Shown here piece by piece: positions 24,001-36,000 of a stretch of 64,000 nucleotides of DNA. The DNA is taken from assembly GCF_963921235.1 (NCBI RefSeq), contig NC_086097.1, forward strand, positions 222,892,001-222,956,000, in the 5' to 3' direction. Every line of letters begins with the position of its first letter. Position 1 is the stretch's first letter. The DNA comes from Mobula hypostoma (taxonomy: Eukaryota). The translations under genes were made by a program, and so were the position numbers. The notes under the pieces are model-generated. The model did no database searches. It saw nothing but the letters and a program-made list of their open reading frames with translations, and had not been told where the DNA came from.

Positions 24001-27000
24001 AAAGAAGGTTCACCAGATTGATTCCTGGGATGGCAGGACTTTCATATGAAGAAAGACTGGATGAACTGGGCTTGTACTCGTTGGAATTTAGAAGATTGAG
24101 GGGGGATCTGATTGAAACGTATAAGATCCTAAAGGGATTGGACAGGCTAGATGCAGGAAGATTGTTCCCGATGTTGGGGAAATCCAGAACAAGGTGTCAC
24201 AGTTTGAGGATAAAGGGGAAGCCTTTTAGGACCGAGATTAGGAAAAACTTCTTCACACAGAGAGTGGTGAATCTGTGGAATTCTCTGCCACAGGAAACAG
24301 TTGAGGCCAGTTCATTGGCTATATTTAAGAGGGAGTTAGATATGACCCTTGTGGCTACGGGGATCAGGGGATATGGAGGGAAGGCTGGGGCGGGGTTCTG
24401 AGTTGGATGATCAGCCATGATCATAATAAATGGCGGTGCAGGCTCGAAGGGCTGAATGGCCTACTCCTGCTCCTATTTTCTATGTTTCTATATACTGTAG
24501 GACATTTGATAGCAGTTCTAACTTTTATTTTTAATGTGTGTACAATTCCATTGGCATCCGGCATCACCAACAGCCAAGTAACCAGTGATTAGAATGTTTG
24601 TGAAAGCTTTCTTGATAGGAATTGGCTAACAGGTTTGCACTCACTGCAAATGAACCATCTGTTTATTTCCTTAGGTGGATTTCATGGCTATTAATAAGTG
24701 GTTATCGGGAACCAATCAAGATGGAAGTTCTAGGAAAACTCCCTCAGGTTGATTTTGATTTTTCACCTTCCTTGTTAGAATATATGCATCTCATAAAATT
24801 TGTACAGAATATAAAATCGAAATTGTGTGCTCTTTGTATAAGGTGAAACAACCTAAGAAGAAATAATATATCAGACATAGTTTAGAACTGTAATTATGGT
24901 TGAGTATAGTGTATTCTGGTTAATTGAGACACATTAGGACATCTTGACCCAATTAAGCGGATGCTCCAATTAGCCGAATTTTCATGGAAATAATGAAAAA
25001 GGTATAAAAAGGAAAAACTAAGTAACAAATTATGCATTTAAATGAAATCAGAATAAATTAGAACACTACCAATAGTACTACAGTACTATAAAACTGTGTA
25101 TTAGTTCCTAATAGTTATCAATGGAGGAATTCATCGAGTGTACGCAATGAACAAAATCAGTGCAGACCCTTAGTGCAGATAATGGACTGCCTTCATACAA
25201 TACTTTTGATGATTGCATCCTTCAAATTTTCATTTTCTTTGTAACTTTCAAGATGATTGTTAATAGATACCTTCAAATTCTTCATATTTCTGAACTTGTT
25301 TAAGTAGTGAAATTATTTAAATTTCACTCCCAGTTGTTTTTGGCATGTGCACGCCTGAATGCTTGAAAACAGTTCGGAATTTTCCTACGGCTTATTTCTC
25401 GCTGACTATCAGTGACAAAAATCACTGCTTTTTGAATACAAACACAGGTAACTGATGCTATTTAAAAACATTTCGTTTTTAACCATCAAATGGCCATTCT
25501 AGTGTGCGCAACTAATGCCAGTTAGACCTTGATCAGCAAGTTTCCTGCCCTCACTAAGCAGCATAGTGTCCCAAGTAAATGAAAGGAATCCCGGTAATTT
25601 TCTGGATTTGTTCTGTTCTTCAAGAGTTGTCCCATATAAGTGGCTGTCCCGATTAACCGATAGCTCAATTAGCCGGAATCCACTGTACTTTGGAAAGATC
25701 TGGCTGCATTTTTTCAATTCTAACCCAGTGGTAAAGTCAAATGTAGTGCCATAGCTATACTTTTGGAAAGATTAGCATTGTCCAAGATGGAAGCTGACTA
25801 GAAAATTTTTTTTAAAATGTAAGTGCTAGAAATCAAGCAAAAACGGAAAGTATTGGAAGCATTTGACCATAAGACCATAAGAAATAGGAGCAGAATTAGG
25901 CCATTTGGCCCATTGAGTCTGCTCCACCATTCAATCATGGCTGATTCTTCTTTTCCCTTCTTAGCCCCACTTCCCAGCCTTCTCCCCGTAACCTTTGAGT
26001 CCCCCGTAACCGTGTCCAATCAAGAACCTATCAGGTTCTGCCTTAAATACACCCAACGACCTGGCCTCCACAACTGCCTCTGGTAACAAATTCTACAGTT
26101 TCACCACCCTTTGGCTTAAGAAATTTCTCTACATCTCTGTTTTAAATGGACACCCCTCTATCCTGAGGCTGTGCCCTGTTGTTCTAGACTCCGCCACCAT
26201 GGAAAACATCCTTTCCACATCTACTCTGTCTAGGCCTTTCAACTTTGAAAGGTTTCAATGAGATAATGAGATCCCACCCCCCCCCCCCATCCTTCTAAAT
26301 TCCAATGAGTACAGGTCCAGTGCCATCAAACACTCCCTATATGATAACGCTTTCATTTCCAGAATCAAATTTGTTGACATCCTCTGGACCCTCTCCAATG
26401 CCAGCATATCATTTCTTAGATGAGGATCCCAAATCTATTCACAATACTCAAGGTGAGGCCTCATCAGTGCCTTCTAAAGCCTCAGCATCACATCCCTGGT
26501 CTTGTATTCTAGATACCTTGAAATGAATGCTAACATTGCATTTGCCTTCCTCACCACCGACTCAGCCTGCAAGTTAACCTTAAGGGTGTTCTGCACAAGG
26601 ACTCCCAAGTCCCTTTGCATCGGATTTTTGGATTTTTCTTCCCATTCATAAAATGTTCTGCACATATATTTCTTCTACCAAAGTGTATGACCATGCATTT
26701 TCCAACATTGTATTTCAATTGCCACTTTCCTGCCCATTCTCCAAATCTGTTTCAAGTCCTTCTGCAGCCTACCTGTTTCCGTAACACAATCTGCCCCTCC
26801 ACCAATGTTTGTATCATCTGCAAACTTGGCAACAAGGTCATCTATTTCATCAGCTAAATCATTGATATACAGCATAAAAAAAAGTGGTCCCAACACGGAC
26901 CCCTGCAGAACACCACTAGTCACTGGCAGCCAACCAAAAAAGGATCCTTTCATTCCCACCCGTTGCCTCCGTTCCTGTAATGCCATGGAGTCTTAACTTG

Positions 27001-30000
27001 GTAAGCAGCCTTATGTGTGACACCTTGTCAAGGACCTTCTGAAAGTCCATATATACAACATCCAGTGCATCCCCTTTATCTATCCTACTTGTAATCTCGT
27101 CAAAAAATTCCAACAGGTTCATCAGGATATACTTAAATTGGAAAATAGTACATCCGTGGCTGACAAGGGAAGTCAAGGTTAATGTAAAACCAAAGGAAGC
27201 ATACAACAAAGCAAAAATTAGCGGGAAGATAGAAGATTGGGAAGCTTTTAAAAACCTACAGAAAGTGACTAAAATGACTATTATAATATTGCCCTTAAAG
27301 AAACAATGCTGTCTTTGTCCTATCTTGTCCTTTGTCACCTATATCCATTATCATCTCTCTTTTATTTTTTTATATACTTGAAAAAGCTTTTTCTATCTAC
27401 CTCAATATTGATTGCTGGCTTGCTTTCATATTCCATCCTTTCCATCCTAATGATTCTTTTAGTCGGTTTTTAAAAGCTTCCCAATTCTCTGTCTTCCCGC
27501 TAATTTTTGCTTTGTTGTATGCCCTCTCTTTTGCTTTTACGTTAGCTTTGGCTTCGCTTGTCAACCACGGTTGTACTATTTTCCAATTTGCGTATTTCCT
27601 TGTTTTTGAAATACATCTATCCTGCACCTCCCTTATTTTTCCCAGAAACACATGCCACTGCTACTCTGCTGTCATCCTTGCCAGCATCTCCTTCCAATTT
27701 ACTTTGGCCAACTCCTCTCTCACACCACTGTAAATTTCCTTTACTCCACCGAAATACTGCTACGTCATACTTTCCTTTCTCCCTATCAAATTTCAAGTTG
27801 AACTCAATCATATTGTGATCACTGCCTAAGGGTTCCTTTACCTTAAGCTCTCTAATCGCCTCCAGTTCATTGTGTAACATCCGATCCAGTATAGCTGATC
27901 TTCAAGTAGGCTTAACGACAAACTGCTCTGAAAAGCCATCTCATTTGTATTCAACAAATTTGCTCTCTTGAGATCCATTACCAACCTGATTTTCCCAATC
28001 TACTTGCATGTTGAAATCTCTCAATGACTATCATAGCATTGCTCTTTTGACACATCTTTTCTATTTCCTTTTGTAATCTATAGTCCATGTCTCAGCTGCT
28101 GTTTGGAGGCCTGTATATAACTGCCACCAGGGTCCTTTTACCCTTGCAGTTTCTTAACTCAACTCAAGGATTCAACTTCTTCTGATGCTATGTCACATCT
28201 TTCTACTGATTTGATGCCATTCTTTACCAGCAGAGCCACACAACCCCCTCTGCCTACCTTCCTATTCCTCCTCCAATACAAGGTGTAACCTTAGACATTC
28301 AGCTCTCAACTACAACCATCCTTCAGCCATGATTCAGTGGTGGCCACAATATCATACCCGACAATCGGTTAGAAGTGCAACAACTTCATCCATTTTATTT
28401 CTTATACTCCGTGCATTGAGGTGTAACATTTTCAGAATCAGAGTCAGGTTTATTATCACCAGCATATGACATGAAATTTGTTAACTTAGCAGCGGCAGTT
28501 CAATGCAATACATAATATAGAAGAGAGGAAAAAATAAATAAATAAGTAAATCAAGTACAGTATACGCATATTGAATAGATTTTTAAAAGTGCAAAGAAAT
28601 AAATACTGTATACTAAAAAAGATGTGTCTCCCACGACTCCAACATTCAGCATGAATGGCCATTTAACCTACACAGTACCCCTGACACAGTAAGAAACCCC
28701 CTCTCTGTGCGCTGCTCCTGCCACTGATTGGGCTGCCGGAATGACACCGTACGCCCACGAAGCTCACTTTTTAAACAAGCGCCGCCGACCTGTGAGAGAC
28801 CCGAGAGAAACCGCCTCGCTGTGCACTGCTTCCGCCACTGATTGGGCTACTGAAACATCTGGTCAGGCAACATCTGTGAAAAGAGCAACAGAGTTATTGT
28901 TGCAGGTAGAAGACCTCAAAGTTTTAGCTCTGCTTTCTTCCACAAATTATATCCGATATGATAAGTGTTTCCAGCATTTTTCAGGTTAATGTTTTTGGTA
29001 AAGCACCAGTGATTAAACTTTTTCTTTCATGTTAACTCTTCTGAGTGAATGGAAATAATTTTGGGTAAATGGAGGCAGATATTTAATGGTGATTGTATTG
29101 GGCTGCATAATCTATAATACGCATTGAACAGTTATACTAATTGCACCACATTTGTCACTAATTTAATTTGCAAATGATCATAATCTATAAAAATCTTAGA
29201 TCAATGTTTTATTCAGTCCATCATTTTGTATCGCTGTTATTAGTTCAAAAAAATTTTTTGTGAATTTTGGCATTTCACAGAACAATATTTTTCTTTTCAT
29301 TTACTTGAAAACTTTGCCCATTTAATGCCTATTTCCTCTCACAACTCTAAGTGTACATGCGTTCCATCTCCACCCTTGTGACTAGGTTAGCAGACTCTTT
29401 TCCTGGGATGAGTAATCATGGTGCTGGCACGGTTAAAGTCACTATTCTTATATCAGTATTTTCTCTTTAGGATGAAACTGCACAGAAAAATTTTGATTTG
29501 TTAAAATTGAATTATGATAAGGAGAAGGTAAGCAAGTTTTCATGGTATCTGCACATCTAGTTAATTATTCTGTTTGAAGGATGATATTTGAATTTTAATA
29601 TATTTTATATTGTATTTTAGGAAAATACATCCTCAAGAACAGCAGATTCAAGAGATCTAGTAAAAGTTATTTCTAAAGCTTTTGCAATGCCTTTCCTAAT
29701 AGCAGGATTTTTGAAGATTATAGGTGATCTAGCAGGATTAGCTGAACCTTTCTGCATTGATGGCATTCTCAGATTTGTGGATGCAGAGCCAAAAGAATTG
29801 GAGAAGGTATAGTTTGTTTTTCTAAGCTGGTTCCACAGAGCACTAAATCTAGCTGTGTGAGCTAACTGCAATGTGAAATGTTTCACGGGCATGTCACTGA
29901 ATATTACAAACCTTTCTTACTCGGTCGCTTTCCGGATAGTACTTTAATTATACATAGCAAAGAACGAAATTGATATAGAAATATATGATTACTCAGGAAT

Positions 30001-33000
30001 TGTACCAAGAAATATCCTTTACATAAATTGCTAATGTGCAATTTTGAGATGGAGAGTTAAAATGCAAAAATTATTAAAAGAAACCACAGAAACTACAGAA
30101 ATCAAAATCAATTACCCTTCAGAAAATAAATAACTAACAATGGAACATGTTCGCAATAGCTATATTTGTTATCATCTTCTCAAATGCTGGAGACTTACTG
30201 CCAATAAGATCAATTTGAAGTTGAGTTTCAAGTTTATTTCCATTCATCTATACACATTTATACATCTAAATGGAACATTGTTCCTCTGGGGCCAAGGTGC
30301 AAAACCATTAGACCAAAAATATCGGGGCAGAATTAGGCTATTTGGTGCATCTAGTCTGCTCAGTCATTCCGTCATGACTGATTTACTAACCCTCTCAACT
30401 GCATTCTCCTGCCTTCTCCCCATAACCTTTGATGCCCTGATTAATCAAGAACCTATCAACCTCCGCCTTAGGTATACCCAGTGAACTGGCCTGCACAACT
30501 GTCTGTGGCAATGAATTCCACAGATTTACCACCCTCCGGCTAATAAAAGAAAACTTGCATCCTCTAAATCGTCTCAATTCTGAGGCTGTGCCCTCTGATC
30601 CTAGACTCCCTCACTATTGGAAGCATCCTCCCCACATCCACACAGCACACACAAAATGTTGATTGGAGGAAGTTAGCAGGCCAGGCAGCACCTATGGAAA
30701 AGAGTACAGTCAGCGTCTCGGGTTGAGATGCCATCTGTACTCTTTTCCATAGATGCTGCCTGGCCTGCTGAGTTCCTCCAGTATTTTGTGTGTGTCCTTT
30801 GCACCAATTCTTCAGCTATACAGTCGTCTGCCAGATCATCCTATTTACCCTCACTGGCACGTGGCACAGGCAGCAATCCAGAGATTACTACCCTGGAGGT
30901 CCTGCTTTCAGCTTTCTGCCTAGCTCCCTATATTCTCTCTTTAGGACCTCCTCCCTTTTCCAACCTATGTCAATGGTACATTATGTACCACAACCTCCAC
31001 CTGTTTGCCCTCTCCCTTTAGAATAAAACACTCCGTACATATAGTTACGATCCAGCACATACAGCCAAAAAATAATACTAATAATAATTCCCTGAATGGC
31101 ATGGCCTGGAGATTGACAGATTGACATAAAGTGCAAGGTGCATGTTAATGTGAGAGAGTATAATGTTACTGGTACTATTATAATAAACCCCAGCAGTAGT
31201 ATATGAAGCAGCAGCAGCAATAAAAGATTGAAAGTGACCAGTGCAGGATGAGTGTGTCATTGAGTTGCAAGGGGAGAGGAGGGGAATGACAGGGTATTCA
31301 AAGAGGGTGTACATGTGTGCTGGGTAGCAGCAGAGTGTTAAGAAGTTTAACAGCCTGTGGGAAGAAGCTGCTACCCAGGTTGATAATTCTAGTTGTTAAC
31401 GCTGTGGTTGAGAGAAGGAGGCCCAAGAGTTTGTGGGAGGATGTTCTGGCCTTCCTGGAGAAACCTTAAAAAAAAATGCATTTTGGTATTTTTCAGTAAT
31501 TTTTTTGTGTTCAGTCAGCTCTGCTAGAATTGTGCATCTAACCTGGCCACAAAGGTGATCTCAAATCTCTCTTAATTTAGATAAACTGTCTGTATTGCCA
31601 AATGCAAGGATGCTTTTCATTGACATCTCATCTTGACAAGCTGTCAATTTAAAACTGTGCTCACTCGCTAAAGCTAGCTTTTCTTTCTTAAAGGGTTTGG
31701 GGTTGCAGCTGCATTTTATCTGTTGTCGACAGTTACTCAAGATTATGGGCAATGAAGTGACGAGGAATTACTAGTTTTCTAAAGACAGGAAACCACAGAT
31801 GCTATTATCTAGAGTGAATAAAAAAAACTACAGGAGGAACTATCAACTCAGACAGCTTTCACTCATCATCCTTCTTTCTGATCAGACACCAAAACTTTGT
31901 GGCCTCCACCATACCTTCCCTGCCTCTGTTGCCGTCTCCACGTTCCCTCCCTCACTTGCCTGGATCTGCCCATTGACCCTCTTGACCTGCATCCACTTGT
32001 CACTCCTAGGCCAACTCTTCCTTCAATCCTCCCTCTTGCTTCTTCATGCTGGCTAACTTCCCTTTACTTCACACTCTTGAGTCCTGATGCAAAATCTCAA
32101 CTGCAAAATATAGACTTTCCCTTTGCCTCCACAAATGCTGTCAGACCTGTCGAGTTCCTCTAGTAGTTTGCTTTTTTTCCTTAGCTACTAGTCTTCTTGC
32201 TGCTGCTTTTAGAGGAAGCCAGCAGGAACATTTTCTAGTTTACTTTGTGACAGGAAGATCTCCGTGAACTGGCACTACTGTAGGTATACTACAGGCATAG
32301 CCCCAGTTTATCACTGTAGTCCCAGTTTATGATAGAAAATGGTGCAGTGATCTCCAGTAAGTCCAGCAACACTTCTAATGTTAAGTAATTTAGTTCAAAC
32401 AAATTCTGTGAATTTTTCCTCTACTGGCTCTGCAAAAATATTTGGTGGACAAATGCTTGCCAAATGAGCCAAAAGAGGTCTAAAGACCTACACATCTAAC
32501 TTTAGACAATAAGGCAAAGCTGATGGGAATTTGAGTATCATTTATGAAAGCTGTGTGCTGATTGTTTTTATTTTTTATTCATGGAGTAGGCCCTTCCGGC
32601 CCTTGGAGCCTCACCACCTCAGCAACCCCTGATCCAACCCTCATCTCATCATGGGACAATTCTTACAAGGGGAATAGAATATAAAAGCAAGGAGATAATG
32701 CTGAGCTTTTGTATGACACTGGTCAGGCCACACTTGGAGTATTGACAACAGTTTTGGGTCCCATATCTCAGAAAAGATGTGTTGTCATTGGAGAGAGTCC
32801 GGAGGAGGTACACAAGGATGATTCTGGGAATGAAGGGGTTGACATATGAGGAGCATTTGGCAGCTTTGGGTCTGTACTCACTGGAATTTAGAAGAAAGCT
32901 TGAAACGTCGACTGTACCTCTTCCTAGAGATGCTGCCTGGCCTGCTGCGTTCACCAGCAGCTTTGATGTGTGTTGCTTGAATTTCCAGCATCTGCAGAAT

Positions 33001-36000
33001 TCCTGTTGTAGACAATTATCCAAATTGTTGGATAAATGCCAGTGCTGTATCTATATTGGAAATTTACTTCAACTGTGTTTTAAGAAGCTCTGGTTATCAA
33101 AGGCTTTGGAAATTACTGAAACGCCATCAATGGGGTCTTCAAAGGCTTTTGACAAAGTCCCACACAGGAGATTAGTGTGCAAACTTAAAGCACACGGTAT
33201 TGGGGGTAAGGTATTGATGTGGATAGAGAATTGGTTGGCAGACAGGAAGCAAAGAGTGGGAATAAATGGGACCTTTTCAGAATGGCAGGCAGTGACTAGT
33301 GGGGTACCGCAAGGCTCAGTGCTGGGACCCCAGTTGTTTACAATATATATTAATGACTTGGATGAGAGAATTAAATGCAGCATCTCCAAGTTTGCGGATG
33401 ACACGAAGCTGGGTGGCAGTGTTAGCTGTGAGGAGGATGCTAAGACGATGCAGGGTGACTTGGATAGGTTAGGTGAGTGGGCAAATTCATGGCAGATGCA
33501 ATTTAATGTGGATAAATGTGAGGTTATCCACTTTGGTGGCAAAAGCAGGAAAACAGATTATTATTTGAATGGTGGCCAATTAGGAAAAGGGGAGGTGCAA
33601 CGAGACCTGGGTGTCATTATACACCAGTCATTGAAAGTGGGTATGCAGGTACAGCAGGCGGTGAAAAAGGCGAATGGTATGCTGGCATTCATAGCAAGAG
33701 GATTCAAGTACAGGAGCAGGGAGGTACTACTTCAGTTGTACAAGGCCTTGGTGAGACCACACCTGGAGTATTGTGTGCAGTTTTGGTCCCCTAATCTGAG
33801 GAAAGACATCCTTGCCATAGAGGAATGTTCACCAGATTGATTCCTGGGATGGCAGGACTTTCATATGATGAAAGACTGGATGAACTAGGCTTATACTCGT
33901 TGGAATTTAGAAGATTGAGGGGGGATCTGATTGAAACGTATAAAATCCTAAAGGGATGGGACAGGCTAGATGCAGGAAGATTGTTCCCAATGTTGGGGAA
34001 GTCCAGAACGAGGGGTCACAGTTTGAGGATAAAGGGGAAGCCTTTTAGGACCAAGATTAGGAAAAACTTCTTCACACAGAGAGTGGTGAATCTGTGGAAT
34101 TCTCTGCCACAGGAAACAGTTGAGGCCAGTTCATTGGCTATATTTAAGAGGGAGTTAGATATGGCCCTTGTGGCTAAAGGGATCAGGGGGTATGGAGAGA
34201 AGGCTGGTACAGGGTTCTGAATTGGATGATCAGCCATGATCATACTGAATGGCGGTGCAGGCTCGAAGGGCCGAATGGCCTACTCCTGCACTTATTTTCT
34301 ATGTTTCTATGACGATCTAAAAGCTGAATGTAAAACAGAAAATCTACATGCTCAACTAAATGTATCTGTTTGTGGAGGTAATGGGCAAATTTAATAAATT
34401 ATAATAATGTTCTATATCCTAATTTTACTTAGGGAGTACATTTTGTGAGTTTCTGGGAATTTACCAATAATGGCTACATTTTGGCATTCTTGATGCTGTG
34501 CGCAGTGCTCTTTCGTCACCTCTGCCAACAGACAGCTTTCTACATTGTTATTCGAGATGGAATACGTATAAAATCTGGTCTGCAGGTAAGATTCTTTCAG
34601 TTTATTCTATTCTCCCCTCAATGAATTTTCTCCTTCCTCCTCTAAGTGTTGACTTTTTTCCCTTGGACTTTGATATTAGGACATAGAATATTACATCACA
34701 GAATAGGCTCTTTAGCCAACCATGTTGTACTGATGTTTAGATCAGTCTAGCCCTTCCCTCCCACGTAGCCCTCCATTTTTCCATCATCCATGTGCCAATC
34801 TAAGGGTTTCTTAAATGTTCCTAATATATCTGCCTCCACCAGCACCACATCTGCCAGTATGTTCTATGCACCTACCACTCTCCATGTTTTAAAAAAAAAC
34901 ATAACTCTGACATTCCCCCTATACTTCCCTCCAATTACCCTAAAATATTGTGCCCTTCATTTTAGCCCTTTCTGGTGTCTGTCTGCTAGATGTAGGTCTC
35001 TTGCCATCCTGTACACCTCTATCAAGTCACTCCTTGCCCTCCTTCGCTTCAAAGAGGAAAACCCCCAGCTTGCTCAACCTGTCCTCATAAGACATGCTCT
35101 CTGATCCAGCCAGATCCTAGTAAACCTGCTCTGCATCCTCTTTACAATTTCCACATCCTTTCTATAATGAGGTGACCAGAACTGAACAAAATATTCCAAA
35201 TGTGGTCTAACCAGGGTTTTACAGAGCTGCAACATTGCCTTGTGGCTCTTGAACTCAAACTACCGTCTAGTGAAGGTCAACACTCCATTTGCATTCTCAA
35301 CAACCCTGTCAACTTGTGCAGCAGCTTTGAGAGATCTGTGGATGTGGACCCCATGATCTCTCTGTTCTTCCACACTGCTAAGAATCCTGCCATTAACCCC
35401 ATTTTCTGCCTTCAAATTCAACGTGAAACACTTCACACTTTTTAGATTATGAGAACACTCAGTCCTCTTTTATTGTCATTTAGAAATGCATACATGCATT
35501 AAGAAATGATATCACAGAAAACAAGACAGACCAAAGACTAACACTGACAGAACCACATAATTATAACATATAGTTACAGCAGTGCGAAGCAATACCATAA
35601 TTTGATAAAGAACAGACCATAGGCACAGTAAAAAAAAGTTCTCAAAGACCCAAGTCAATCGACTCCCGAGTCCCCGATAGCAGGCGGCAAAAGGGAGAAA
35701 CTCCCTGCCATAAACCTCCAGGCACCATCAACTTGCCGATGCCTTGGAAGCAGCTGACCCCAGCCGACCCTGAGTCCATCCATCCAAAAACTCCGAGCTT
35801 CCGAGCAGCCCCTCCGATACAGCCTCCCGGGCGCCATCCTCTGCCGAGCGCCTTTGACCTCTCCCCGGCCACTGAAACACGCAAAGCCGAGGATTTCGGG
35901 GCCTTCAGCTCCGGAGATTCCGGTTACCACACAGTAGCAGCAGTAGCAAAGCAGTCATTTCAGAAGTTTTCCAGATGTTCCACTGTCTCCATCAAATCAG

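Larger units (their letters stand above)
20105..24491 (+). mobile_element. Full-length CR1 LINE with open ORF1 and ORF2, in intron 2 of the SUR-like gene (sense orientation)
   Basis: CpG-rich 5' UTR, ORF1, a 1014-codon ORF2 and a (TTCTATGT) tail; possible TSD tgtagga at 20085-20091 and 24496-24502. Confidence 0.95.

Noticed and set aside
29617..29892. Minus-strand 91-aa ORF
   Set aside because: It is the antisense of SUR-like exon 5; the plus frame has the splice sites and the homology.
32779..33840. 353-aa ORF that looks like a novel RT fusion protein
   Set aside because: Chance read-through across a CR1 fragment, a Penelope end, intronic sequence and a second CR1 fragment; no ATG start and the domain order is scrambled.
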